Assembly (NCBI RefSeq): GCF_964355755.1
Contig: NC_092679.1
Coordinates: forward strand, 14,801,432-14,865,431
DNA: 64,000 nucleotides
Origin: Antedon mediterranea
Taxonomy: Eukaryota > Animalia > Echinodermata
Direction: 5' to 3'
Shown piece after piece: positions 40,001 through 55,000 of the stretch; positions within the stretch are counted from its first letter, which is position 1, and each line of letters opens with the position of its first letter. The position numbers and the translations under genes were made by a program. The notes below the pieces were generated by a model, which saw nothing but the letters and a program-made list of their open reading frames with translations, ran no database searches and was not told where the DNA came from.

Positions 40001-43000
40001 TACAACAAGTTCTTCAGCTTCCAACAGCTTCCTGGATAACTGGTCAAGATGGGCTACAAAGCTGTCCTGCAGAGCAGCAAAAAATAGAAATTTAATGATA
40101 ATTCTAATGACAGACATAAATGCAAATTGATTACTTTTTGTAGTAAATTCATTTGAAATTCCAACAGTTAAAATTGTAAGGAATTGTAATAGAAGTGTAT
40201 GTGGAGAATATCACATGAATCGCAGACTACTCAGGTGAATTGCGTAAATTTTTCTTATGAGTATCACATCAGCTACCACCAAATGGCTCAAATTTATTTA
40301 TCCACGATATAGGCTAAGATGGACCAGAACATCGGGGTAACACCGCCCTTCTGGATAATAAGCTGGGTTCTTTAGTGCAGACAAGCCAGAATAAGACATT
40401 CAGTTTAAAGTCCTTATACAAGAACTTTTTGCTGATTTGTATGGCTATATATTGCAATGCCCCTGCACAGTTAATAGTGCACAATGGAAGGTATAGAAGT
40501 CCAAGTTATTATTCAGATTTAATATTCCAATGCAACTTATTTAATACTCTAATTTACCTGATGTTGTATGGAACTTTCTAAGATGTCTCGATTATCCCGA
40601 GTTATTTCTTCAATCTTGTCTAAATCTTCCACCATGTTAGAAAGTTCTGGATCCATGGGTCTGTCTGATCCAATTAGTTGCTGCTTCTTCTTTTGCAGTT
40701 CCTTTAACTTCTCTTTTAATTCAGCCATTTCAATAACAACAACCTTTGATATAAATTAAAAATAAATTTAAAAGCAACTATTAGAGCAAGTATATGGTTA
40801 ATGTACTTTAAACAAATTTGCATAAAATTTGGTTAATATTCACCTGTGTATTTTCAAGTTGTTCATTCAAGTTCTTCTCATCTGTTTCAGGATCCATCAG
40901 CTTTTCTTTTAATTCCTCCAATTTCTTCTCCAGATCTTGTGCTCGTTGTTTGTAATCATTCCAATCGTTGGCTAGCCTCTTCAGAGCTTCCAAGCGCTGA
41001 GTAGCAGACATCTCCAGTTCTGTTGATTCTTCATTCATCTCAATAGCTTTCTCAACAAGGGGTGCTGAGTTGCAGACTGTTGCTAGTTTCCCTGCAGCAG
41101 TATTCATTGTCTCTAGGTTTTTGTGAATTGCAGGTGATGTAGCAACAACATCCTAAATAAATTAATATTTACAAGAACACAATTAATGCTAAGTCTTTAG
41201 TTATTATTATTCATTACTTAGGCATATTGCCAAGGATTTTCTGTAATCACTGTTTTAAATAGGTTAAAATAACAAGTCTTTAGGATCAAGTTTTTGTAAG
41301 AAAAAAATCATGACAACTGATTTAAACCCAGCTCTGAGATAATTTAATAAATAAAAATATTGCAAAATTTGTTATTTCATAATTTAACAAGGCATTTCAA
41401 CTGTACTGTAATTTATGATGCATATGATGCTTATTTTGTTGTATTTAATTGTATTTGTTGTTCAAGAAGGGTGGGGGGGGGGGGAGAGGATATTTTATTA
41501 TAAATTAAAATTCAAATAACGGACCAATGTTACAATGTATTCATTTTCATACCTTCTTAGTTCAGAGAAAATTAATAAAAATTGAATCTTCAGGACAATA
41601 TCCAATTACATAGACAACACATGAACTACCAATAAGATCATTTCATTTAAATATAATACCAACAACTGTTGATATAAGCCTATGTTATTGAAATAAACAA
41701 ACAAATGTCAACATGTTTAATGACACATGTGTACAATGATCATGACCTTTGTTTTCAATTTCCTGTGACCTCATTAAGATTTAAATCAAGGTCAAAGTTA
41801 TTTGTTGAATAAAAAGAGATGGTAGTTGATGTAAAATAAATACAATATTATCTCATACAAACATGGCAAGCAACTATGCATTGTCATACATAGTACAAAA
41901 TAAATGTAACTTTTTATCAATTTGAGAGTATTTTAAACTCTTTATAAACAGTGATAAAAAAATTTAGCTGGTGTATATTACTAAAAATACATTAAAGTTA
42001 AATTCATATTTGCACACATTTAAATTTATTTAATACTGTAATAAAACAATAGTATTATAACTATTTATTATAACTGTGGAAGTGATATGACATTGACCCC
42101 TTTAGTTTCTACAGCAAGAAAATGCTACAAATGCTAGAAAACTGCAGATGCACATTTATTACATTTATTTTGCTAATAACAAGAGAGATAGTAAAATAGG
42201 TTACCTTATGTACATATAGTTGATCAGTGACATCATCTAGGTTATCGGTAATTAGCTCACTAGTTACTATTGGCTGACTGTTCTCGATCCAGTCCTCAAC
42301 ATTACGCAATGCATCTTGGTAAGCATCCCATACTTCTACAGCCTCTGACAACCTTTCCCCCTTTTTGGATGAGTCATGTTTAAGTTCAGACAGTTTCTGT
42401 TGAAGTGAGTTCACTACGGCTATGACTTGTTCTTTTTCTTCTCCACTCTCCGTCTGGTCACTGATTTGCTGAGCCTGACTTTGGATAGCTTCCAGGATTG
42501 AGCTCAGGCTTAGAATGTCATGATGAATACCCTTGTAGAAGGTAGAAATATAAACAAGGTTTACTACAACATGCAGTGATGCATAGGAAATACACAGTTA
42601 AAACTGATCCAATTAAGGAACTCCCGCCACAGGAAGTTATACACTTGCGTCTTCCATTATAAACAGAGGGGTGTTTGATTCTTTAAAATGTGTTACTTCA
42701 GTTTAAATACTACACCACTGTTGCTAAGTTTAAAGTAAACATTATAAATTAAAAAAAACAATAGAAATGTATTTTTATTTTTATTATTAAATAATTAAAT
42801 TGTAATATAAAGTAATATAATATATTTCTGTTATATTATACAGTACACCATACTTGTATAATTAAATTAATTAAATCCACTAACTTCAATGAAGAAACTT
42901 CATCTTCAGTTACTTAAAATTGAAATAAGATTATTTCTTATTGTTTGATTCACAATTGGAATGACATAGCAGAATAATAATAATAAATAGATTTTTTAAA

Positions 43001-46000
43001 TAATAATAATTACAGTAGGACCTCACTGTGAAAAGAAGCGGGAGAAATATAATTATAACAATAAAGGGTACACTTTGTTGTGTCCTAAGGATGACCAGTG
43101 TACTACTGTAATTGAATTTCATAAATGTTATATATATACCTACAGTATTCATTTAATTTACTAATAACCGTGAAACAGGAAAAATACATTACTCTGGAAG
43201 TAGTCTCATTGGGTAGTAGAGAATATAAATAAATGCATATATATGATATTGCTACAGTTTAATTGCTTTGGTGATAGGGTAATTGGAGTATTTTACAAAA
43301 TCATTTTAAACTTTCCATTTCTTTGGGGAATTCTATATACTTCATTAGTTGTGGAAGGAAATGAGATAATAAATAGTATGAAGGAAGAATACAAACATAT
43401 ATAATGTGGAATTACCAGAGGGAAATATACTTTATTTTAATATAGATCTCTGGGAGACAAAACCCTTCTAAAATATTGATTCTTTATGAAATAAAATTAA
43501 AGTAGAACTCATGTTTTGGAAACACCTTGGTGAGAGTTTGTGCTTTGAAAAATGATTGACCATAGTGTTAGAGAATATATTAGTATCCCCTTAAATTAGG
43601 AGTGTCCCAAAGAGGTTCTACTAATAGGTAATTGTTTATTTTTATGTTCCAGATTTGATAAATAAAAAAATATACATTTTAAAACAGAGACACTAATAAA
43701 ATGAACACTACCTCTTGAGCTACAATTCCTTCTGGTATTGTATCAACTGGCTCTTGCATTTTGTCTACTGTGGTATTTAGCTGATCTTCCAATTTCTCCA
43801 GCTGATCATGGAAGCTCTTTCTCAACTCTTTAGCGCCATCAAGACTATCCTCATTCTCTTGCAGTTGTTGGGTTACATCATTTATCAAGCATCTTAACCT
43901 GCAGATTTCTGCGGTGATCTCAGTGGGAGGATCTGTATGGTACGCCACATATTTTCTCTCCTGGCCACTCTCAATTCGATCCAGCTCACTGGATTTCTTG
44001 CTTAGTCCTTCTTGAATTTCCTACAGAGTTTAAATTTTGATAAGAATTAAGTAGCTGACGCAACATAATTTTAAACAAATTCCTATCTACTGCAAAGATG
44101 ACCAACTATTTGAATCACCCTCGGGTAGCTGTTCAGGGGAGTAATAGAGTATTAAAATGACCTGAATTGTACTGGAAATGTTTTAAACTAGATTTTAATA
44201 CTGTCTCAGAGGGTGGGAGACTGGAATTTGTACTGGGAAGTTTTTAAATGGAGTGAGATAGGGGCAGTTATTTTTTATAGTAATGTTATTTAAACATTTA
44301 AATAAAGCATTTGCGAATTAGTTTCCTTCAACTACAGGCTCTGTTATTTATTACACAATTAGCATACATGTCCACATTGCAACTGAACAAAAACCTTTTA
44401 CAATAAACAAAAAGTCAATAATATTTTCTTAAACATACATACATGCGTACCTGCACGTACAATATTTATACATACATACAACTCTGATTATGTTATCAAA
44501 TAATAATATAATAATCAGGGTTATTTAAACATTCAAATAAAGCATGTCATTTACCTTTGAATGTTCTATCTTATCATGAACATCATCAAGTGCTGGGCCA
44601 ATACTATCATTCAAAGTGGATGCTGTTCCATTCAATTCACACAATCCCTCTTCTATTTCTGACAGCAATTCCATCACGTTGCCTCGCTCCTCCAGCTCTA
44701 TGCTAATTATCGCTTGTTTCTCAGATGCAGACTTTTGAAGTCTTCAAAAGAAATTAGAGAAAGAATATTAGATAGTATTTTTTTTGGCAATAGAATGAAG
44801 AAGACGTAACAGTGTTTTAGAGTTATTCATAATTTATATTTAATGTAAACTTTCAAATATTTTGATGCAATTCAAGAATATCATACAAATATATTAACAT
44901 AAATAAAAGTGATATTTATTAATAAATGGGTTTCACTTTCATTCTATTTTAAGAAACAGGATGCTAACAACTAAAAGATGTGACAGCTAACTGTATGTGT
45001 ACAAGTGATAAATTTATACTTTACCGATAATATGTATCCTGTAGCTTCTGAAAATCATCTTTGATTGGTTGAGAGCTCTTTGCATTTTTAATCTGACAAA
45101 TCAGATCATCTGTAGCATTCTTATGGTGAACAAGCTTCGGTTCTCCAGTAAACAATTTTTCATTGGCCAACTAAAAAAGAAAGTTAAATGTAATTAATAT
45201 GAATGTAATGGTTAAAAGTAAAGTAGGTTAATAATCATGTGATGTGACCTATTTTCAATTTATTAATTGACTATGTACTGCAAATATTGATGCGAAAAAT
45301 CAATAAGTAAAAGTTCTTTGTAAAAAATAATTGCAGTTTTTTAATTTAGGGAGACTTAAACTGAAAAACCGTAACATTAGAAATTCACTTACAGTAGCAT
45401 TATCTAACTCTTCAATCAAAGTATCATGAGGAGCATCATGGGATAAATTATCTGGTATAAACTGGTTTGCATCAGCTATAACTGCTTCAACTACCTCCAT
45501 TGATTGCTGGTGTTCATGCCATTTCTGCAGAGTATCTTGGGCTTGAAGTTCTTCCTTTTTAAGATGTTGCCTTAAATTCAAGATGCTTTCTTCAAGAGGT
45601 TTGATCTCAAGGCCAACAGTCTCTTTGCCTTGATCATTAGCTCTTTTATCCAGATTAATGGCCTTTTCCTCCAGTTTTTCAAACTCTGGTTGCAAGGCTT
45701 GTAAATCCTCAGCTATCGTCTAAATAAATGAATAAATATAAATTTATACACAAAATAAAAATACATAACATACAAGATGTCAAGCTGGAGCTTATCCAGT
45801 GTCTGTATAGCATACAATAATATGAAATCTCTCTGGGTGGTTAACCAGTCAATCTAAATGTAACGAATAACATAATGTTGGTAATGTTTGGTAAATGTAC
45901 AGTAACTCTTAACTCCTCAGCCAAGATATTCGAAACACTGCCAAAAATACACCACTGACCTAATATTGTTATTGTACAGACTATCAATGTCAAAAATAAG

Positions 46001-49000
46001 ACTCATTTTCTGTAACATCCTTTTAACCAATTTCAAATATTTTTTAAACACTAAATAATGAATTCACATTTGATCTCTTCGATTTTGACAATTTATACCT
46101 GATTCAGAAGTTGATTTTCTTTCGCAATGTCACACGTTGAAGGGATTGCCATTTTATCTTTTTTCCCCAGGACAGCAACTTTCTTTTCAAGTTCCTGCAC
46201 CTTGTCTTTGAATTGCTCCCAACCGTTGATACCTTCCTCTAACATCTCTCCACATTCAGATGAAGATGTTGACATTTCTTTCAGATCTGATGACAACTTC
46301 TGTAGGACGGCTATCATTGTAGCTTTATCGTCTGCAGGTAGGTTGTTAGCTATGTTTTCAGCAAGTTGAGACAGGTCATCCATTCTGACCTGGTATTCTG
46401 GAGCCTCATCAAAGAATTCCTGTGAAGAAATAACAGAATAAATGATTAATTTGGTGAAAAGCTAATAAGGAATATAAGAGTGTAAATGATGCACAATGTC
46501 ACAAAGAATACTGAATTGGAAGTGCCATTAAAAAAACCTAAAAAACTCTCCTTTTGTATATTTATACAGTAACTAAAGTTCTTACATCATTGAATAAGGC
46601 TGGCATTATTAAAAGACAAAATTAAACACAAGACAAAATTAAAGACACGACAAAATAATATTTGACATTGTCCAAAGGAATAGTAATCTGGCACAAGTAT
46701 AATACAAGGATTATTCTTCTAGGATTTATACATACCTGATGCTGATGCATCTGTTCCTTAATGTTGTCATAGTCAATGCCTTGTTTTTCTTCTTCAATCA
46801 GCTTCTTTGCTTTTTCTATCCATTCTTCAATTTCATTTAACTTATTACCAAACTCTTCCCTGAGCTTGGACGCATTCTGCAGAGTCTCTTCCTTCTGTTT
46901 AGAAGCTTCAAGGACTTGCGAATGCAAGTTGTCAATCTCTGAAAGCTGTCCTTGGATCTGGTCAGGAACTTCATCTCCAAGTTTGCCAAATTTTGCATGT
47001 GTTGTTATGATGATGGCTTGTGCCCTCTGTAGCATCTTCTCCACATCTGGCAGTTCAGACTATATAAGTATTCAAAAGTCAGTATGAGGATAATAGTATA
47101 TTTATGACAAAGATTCAAAATTATTCTGTTTACACAGTAAGTGTAGGAAATTGAACAAACAATATACAGTATATATATATATATATACTGTAATTATTAT
47201 TAATGCCATATTAAAAGGAAATGGTTCCTTGATAAGATCACTAACTTCTTATCAGTCTCTTAGAATCAGACACACTTTGACAGGCCCACAGATATTTCAT
47301 TTTAACACAATACTGACAATAAAAAGACGTACAATAGTTAGATTTGATTACATTTACCTGGTGAATCTGAAGAAGTTCTTCAGCTTGATGTACATCTAGG
47401 CCAATAGGTTCCTCTGCTGACATAGTGTCCTTGGTAGCATTTAGCCATTCTAACATCTCAGCAACTTCAGCTGTCAGCTTCTCTTTCTCTAGTACCTTGT
47501 CCTTGATGGTTGCCTCTTCATCTTCAAGATCTTGAAGAGTAACATCCAGGTCTTCTTTAAGAGTTTTAATGGTTGCAGACAGCATGGATTGATCTCTGCT
47601 GGCACCATCTATGGCAAGAATTTGTCCACTTGCTTCTAATTGCTCAATCTTGGGATGCAATTCCTTCAGAATATCTTTGAATTCCTAAATTGGATAAATG
47701 TAAGAAAACATTTGAATATCGTAATTTCTGTAAATTTGGTGATTATTCATTCATTCTTCCAGTATTCACAATCACAATCAATACACTATGAACAAACATT
47801 AAATGAATTTCATAATCTAAAAATTATAGCAAAAGAACTAACTTGACTTTTATTGAGTTGATCCTCTGGTGATGCTCCTGCATCCTGCATGTCTTTTAGT
47901 TCTGATTGACACTGCAGCATTTGTCCTTGAACACTTAATAAGTCTTCATGGAATGCCATTCTATCTTCAAGAGCTCCTTCAAGTTTATCACACTGACCAT
48001 CACAGATTTTCATCAGATCATCCAGAAGATCAATTTGCTCTTGTACTTCATCAGCATGATCTATCTGACCTTTGCTAGTCATCAAGTCTTTTTGTTCTTT
48101 TAACTCTTCTATGAGTGGAAGTTGAAGAGCTAATTGGGCTTTCAGTACCTAAAAAAGGAATGAAATGTATGAGATATTAGCCAATTTGAATTACACTGTA
48201 ATACAGGTACTACTGTGTTCAGATTTGCAAGGATGTGGTAAATTTGCTTAAGTATAAGTATAACTTACTCTGCACTCTTTCAGAGATTCTTCAGCATCTG
48301 CAACGTTAAACCCAATTGGTTTTTTGAGCTGCTCAACTGAATTTTGAAGTTTTTCTAGATCATTTCTACAACCATCAATTTGAGTTTCATAATCGTCTCG
48401 TTCTTCAAGAACATTATTCAACCTCTCCACTTGTTCTTTTGTAGCATCCGATATCCTGAAAATAATAAAAGATGTTAAGGTATTTTCGAAAAATGCTTTC
48501 ATCTGATTTTATTTAAATTGTATATATATATATATATATGGTAAAAGTAGATTGTTTAGTTGAGGGTTGAAACTACCCTGCATGTTAAAATGGTATTGAA
48601 ATGAATAGAATAATTACCTTTGATATTTCTCACATATATTGGCAAGATCTTTTGTTGTTGGTTCACTGACATCTTCATCATTCATCATTTCAGCAAGAGC
48701 TTTTGTGGCATCTTGTAGTTTGGCAAGTTTACCTTGACCTTCTGTTAAGATTTCACTAGCAACCTGCAAGATATGAATACTACTGTAATATCTTTACAAA
48801 GTTATTTTAAACAAACAAATCATAACAATTATATAATAATAAACACTCTTCAAATAAAGAGCTTATCATTGGAGAAATTTATACCAATAAAATATTCTCA
48901 AATATTTTTGCTTAATCGGATACCACCAAAACAAGGGTGCATTGCAAACTTGTCTTGTCTTGTCAAAACAAGCAAACACCCACAACTCTGATGACAAGCA

Positions 49001-52000
49001 AGGCTGTAATAGGAAACCAAACATAAGCGAATATCTATCTAATAAAACCAACCTGAGCATTGCTTAATTGCTGATTAATATCTTCTGTTGGAAGGTTTAG
49101 TGGCACAGATAATGGAACAAACTGCACCGCATCCATAACAACATCATTGACATCCTGCAGTGCATCTTGATAATCCTGCCATTTATCCACTGCATTTTGC
49201 AATTGAGGAGTTTGTGTAGTACAATCTGATTTCAATCTATCTAGTTGGTTCTTGATAGGTTGGATCTTATCTCCGACTGTAGCCTGTCCGGCCTCATTTC
49301 CAACATTTAAAAGAGCTTCACACTGGTTTTCAAGCTGTTTCATGGCCATTGTCTGCAACCAAACTTCTTTTTCAATGCTCTGTAATGTAAATACATTAAC
49401 AGTGCTTTAATGTTTAATTTATAAACAAAAGAGGCAGAGTTATAGATAAAGGTTAAAGTCAAGGATTGGAAAGTTTTTAATAGAATACCTTGTTTAATAG
49501 CATATTTTCTTGTGCAACCTGCAGTGAATTAGGTACTGGATAATTTGCTCTTTGATCAAGAGCTTCTAATGCAGACCCAACTTCATCAGTATTTCGTAAG
49601 AAATCCTGCCATGTACCACGACTTTCTTCCAATGTTCTGTCATTTTCTCGTGCAAGTGCAAGATCTTGTGACAGCCTCTCCTTCAGCGTGGTCATGTTGT
49701 CTTTGAGAGAGATATAGTCATCTGGTTTCAGCGAAGTTGAGATTTTCTCTGACAGCTCATCAAGTTTCTCCATTTTATCCAAAAATGAAGTTTCATCATC
49801 AAAGGCATTCTGGAAAATAATTAAAAAAATACAATAACAAATTAGAGAACTAATAATTGGCTTGATAACAACACACAACAAATTTATTTTATATATCAAC
49901 ATAGTAAATATGATTTGATTCCAACATACCTTGTGCGTTTTAATTTGTGTGTCAATATTAGGAAAATCAATGCCCTCAATCTCAGAAGTAAGAATTCCTT
50001 CTGCAGAATCAAGCTCTTCTTCCAATGCCTGCAAAGTTTCTTCAAACTCTTCTCGAAGCCTCAGAGAATTTTCCAATACCTCTTGTTTTTCTTCAGTTAC
50101 TGCTAGAAGTCTAGTGCAGTCATCCTCTATTTGATCTAGCTTCTCATCTAGTTCTGGTGGAATTGGTTCTCTTAAGTCTTCATACTTTTTCCTAGTGTCA
50201 AGTACAAGTTGTTTTGCAGTTTTAATCTGCTCCTGTATTTCTGGTAACTTGTTCTGCAAAACAAAAAAATGCTTGTTTTATAGAAAGTAATAAATCTCTT
50301 TTACAAATTTTTTGGTCCTGTCAAATGTTAAAAACAGTAAAGAATATAACACACCAGACTAATGCACACTCTACCTTATGCTCTTCTAAAGAAGATTCAG
50401 CACTATCTGCACTCAGTGCAAGAGGTAAATCTCGCTGGAAGTCAGCAACCATCTCTTCCATCCATTCAGTCATTTCATCTACTACCTTTGCCAACTCGTC
50501 TTTCTCTTTCACATCAGCAGCTAACACTTCTTGATCCTTGACCAAGGTTTCCTCCAACTTGGTGATTTCCTCTTTCACTTGACTCATGAGGTTTTCCAAA
50601 GCATTAGCATCTTCTGGTTGGCCAAGTTCAGCAATTTCTTCATGCAAACTGCTAAGTTCATTTAAAAGTTCTTTCTTATTTTGCAACTCTGACATCAATG
50701 CCTGAAAGACAACGTAAAGAGTAATTTAGAATGTTAATAGAATAATATACTAGAACTCGTTTACACTAGTCTCTAATAAATGCTTATAAACTGAAACCTA
50801 CATTGCAATCTTCCAACTTGTCCTCTGCTATAGTTCCTGGCTCACCCCAACCATCAATATCACTTTCACTCTCTTTCAGGAAATTCTTGAGTTTATCAAT
50901 TCCATCATGAAACTTTTCTCTAACTGTGACTGCCTCATGGAGCTTAGTACACTTGTCATCCAACTTGTCAAGAAGAGTGTTATGAAGAGCTTCAAGCTTA
51001 TCAACGTCTTCTGCATGGTCAATTTGACCTTTGTCTTGCATTTTAGCTTGTTTCTCTTTAAGGATGTCTAGGACAGGCTTATATGCACCTACTCGGTCTT
51101 TTAAATCCTACAAAAATAATTGATGTTATATATTACTATCCAATTTGAGAGTACTGTTTTGATCTTATTAGAATACTACGTCTGTGAGCTACTCACGTTT
51201 ACAAAATAATGACGAACCTCATCTGGTTCAATATAATAGCAATTGGTTAATTGTACTATACACTTCCAAAGGTATGTGTAAATATATAAATAAGTACTTT
51301 TTTGGATGTTGGTACTATATTTATTCAACAACAAGTGTTGAATAAATGTCTCAAATGCCATATAGTATGACAGAAAATGGAATGATTAGACTTGATTTAT
51401 TAAACTCAAAGCTGTTTATAATTAAATTAATTAATGACCATCTTATTCTTCTGAAAGATTATTGATAATTTGTCAACTATTTACGCACCTGATGTTGATT
51501 CAGTTGTGACTGTGCACCTTCTACAGTATAACTACATGGTAGGTCAATATTCTGTAATATAGACTCTAGTTCCTCAAGAGCATGGTCACAGGCTTCAATC
51601 TCTTCTTCATAGTTATGTCGATCTTCCAAAGCAGTCTGAAGGTCTGCCATCTGCTTCTCAGTTACATCCAACATACTTTGAAGACAACCAATTTCATTTA
51701 TTAATGTCAACATTTTGGGTAGAAATTATAGAGAATTCAGTGTAATTTCAAAGAAAAAGTTTATAGCGTGAACTTTTGGTTTTTTTCATATTCATAATTA
51801 TAATGACAGATCGAAGTTTAGGTTTCCAAGCAGTATATTTCTTATAATACATTTAAGCAGAAAACATTCTATAATAATGTAATAATACTACAATTTAGTA
51901 CCTTTGAGTGGCTTCTTCATTAGCTTGACAAACTTCTTCAAGTGACTGCAAGCATTCCATATCTTGGACCTGTTCACCAAGTTCTTTGGCTGCTTCCTGA

Positions 52001-55000
52001 AGATTCTCAAAAACTGCTTTACCTTCCTCAAGTTTCATGTTGGCAGCCTAAAAAATCATGAAATCTATGTCAATATTCTAACTTACACACTCTTCATATA
52101 TATAGTTGATGAAAACAATATTGAAATCTTTTGTTTGTTTCCGTAGAAGAATAAATTTACACTAAATTGGAAAATAGGGTATGGTATGGAATGAAAAAAT
52201 ATGACTTCTCATTTAAATTTTGAAACAGTTGCCAAATGAATGTACAGTGCTATTCCTGATCATTCAATCACAGTGATTTGTGTTTACCTTAGAATTTTGC
52301 AGTTGTTGCATTAACTGTTCTGTTGGCACACCAAATGTCAATTCCTCTGGCATGTAGTTAGTGGCACTATTTATGATGTCATTGGCTTCTTTAAGACACT
52401 CATTGTATTTCTTCCACTTGTCGGCAGTAGCTTGAAGCTCTCTTTTGCGGTTTTCTTGCTCAGCCTTGACAGAATCAAAATGAGAAACTACTGGTTGGAT
52501 AGCATCCTGTATTGCTTTTTGTCCATTGTCATTTGCTTCTTTGTCCAGGATTTCTGCCATTTCCTTTAGGTCTTGCAGAGAACTATCAACTACTTGAATC
52601 TGATCACAAAGCTCCTAAAAAAAAGTATAAATTAATTAAATTAAAAAATATTGTTCATTATATCTATTATATCATTATCAGCTCAGATTTACAGGAATCT
52701 ATTTAGTAGTTTTACTCCAGAATCTAGAGTCAATTTTTTTAGAATTAGATGTCAAAACTATCAATTTCTGACACACAAAAACAATGTGCATGTAATTTAC
52801 AAATGAGGTTCTGAATCTAACGATATAGCATTCCAAATATGTAATGTCCTAAAAGAGTCACTGACACAAACGTTTGGAAGTTATTTTGTTTAATATTTTA
52901 CAGTTGTTAGTTTATATCATGTTCACCCCATTGTTAAAAAAGTTTCCCTATATATATATTAACAATAAATACCTTGTTAAGCAGTTGGTTCTCTAGTGCT
53001 ACTTCTTCACTGGCAGGAACAGCATAGACTGCTCTCTCTTCAATGGCTTTTAGATCTGTTTCAACTTCCTGCAACTTGTTATTAAACTTATCCCAGTCAT
53101 TCTTACAATCGGTTAGTTTATTTGAAATAGTACCAGAAGTATCTGATACGTCATTTAAACGAATGTTCACATTGTTTAAGTCATCTTTTATCTCTATCTT
53201 GTCTTCATTAGGCAAGGATGAAGAGATTCTGCCAGCCAGTTCAACAACATCATCCATCATATTCTGAAAGTCTGGTTCCTTTTTGAAGAAGTCCTAAAAT
53301 TAAGAAAAACTTTAGCCATATACTAAATGTAATATATATGCATAATGAAATTAAATATGCGAGGTGAATAAATATGTGGAATAAGTAACTAAAGCCCAAC
53401 ATCATTGCCATGCTGGTAACGTTTGAGGTGAAAATTGTAATTAAAAAGAATGATTTTGAGGTTTGACCATCTAGATGGCATATCAACATTCTACCTTCAG
53501 ACCAACTGAGGTGTAGCCAAATCTCATGACCTTCAAGGATCCACAAAAAGTCATACGGTAAAGAGCTCTAGCTTTAATAAATACCTCATGATTCTGAATT
53601 TGGTTATCTAAATCACCAAAATCAGTGCCTTTCTTGGTCTCTTCAACCATCTTCTCTGCATCTTCTAACCAATCTTTAAGCTGTTCCAGGTCATCATGGA
53701 AGATTCTTCTACACTTCACTCCATCCTCTTGCTTTTTCATCTTCCCATTTAATGACTGAGAAACCTTACTTTTCAGATTTTCAATTTGGTCTAATTTGTG
53801 CTGAAGTTGAGGAGGTATTGGTTCGTTAAAATCAATGTAGCTCTTCTTCACATCTGATATCAAGTTGGTTGCTTTCACTAGTTCTGCCTCAAGGCCAGGA
53901 AGCTTAGCCTAGTGGGAAAAATAAAATTATAATACTATACATACACTTGTAAAACACAACGATTATGATTATAAATAAAAATACCATTTATTCATCCTCC
54001 TTTTCTATATAAGTTACCTTTGATTTTCTTAGTGTGTCTTCAGCAACATCCATGGCTAACCCCATTGGTTCTTCTTTTGTCAAACCAACAGCCGTGTCCA
54101 TTAACCACTTCAAAGTTGCTCTGATATCTGCATCAAGATTGTCCTTCAGGTTGATGGCATCTGCTAAGCTATCAGCCTTTTGCTGGAGGTCATTCTTAGT
54201 GTCTGTGATGTTTCTACTAAGTCGTCCAATACTAGAGTCCATGGCCTTTTTATCATTTTCTCCTCCTTGTTTTGTAACTTGTTCTGCTCTAGATTTGAGG
54301 TTTTCTATCACTACATCTTTTGAATTTAACTCGGAGAGCAATGACTACGAGAAAGAAATTAATTTAAATAAATTATTAAGATCATTAGAAACAGCAAAAG
54401 CTAAGACAAGTTCCATATTCAGTAAGTGGAATAAATGTCAAAAGTAATTTGCTTATTTCCACACTTATTGTCACTCTTATTGCCAAACTCGCAATCAAAC
54501 TTATTGTCCCACTTATTGTCATACTCATTGTTTCACTCATTGTCATACTCACTGTCACAAATTGTGACACTCATTTCTGTAACTTACCATACATTTCTCT
54601 AACTTCTGTTCAACAGTGATGTTTGGCAGGTCTAGCTCTGCCATATCACTGTAGCAATGTTCAAGACAAAACTGAAGCTCGCTCATATACTTCTGACAGT
54701 CTTCACGAATAGCCACGGCATCTTCTAACTTTTTCTTATGGTCATCTGCCATGGACACAAGTTCATCATAGATGTGATTGATGGTGGAGACCTTATGTGT
54801 ATAATCCACTTGACCGGCTTTGTACATGAAATCACTTCGGTGGCGCAGAGCTTCAACAGGTGGCTGACTGGCTGTCAATTTAGCTCTTACATTCTGATAC
54901 AGAAGATCAATATAACATACTATAAATCCACATACTTCTTTCTTTTATATTGATACATTTGTTGTGTTCACTTGCAATAAAGTAATTAAGTATTAAAGTA

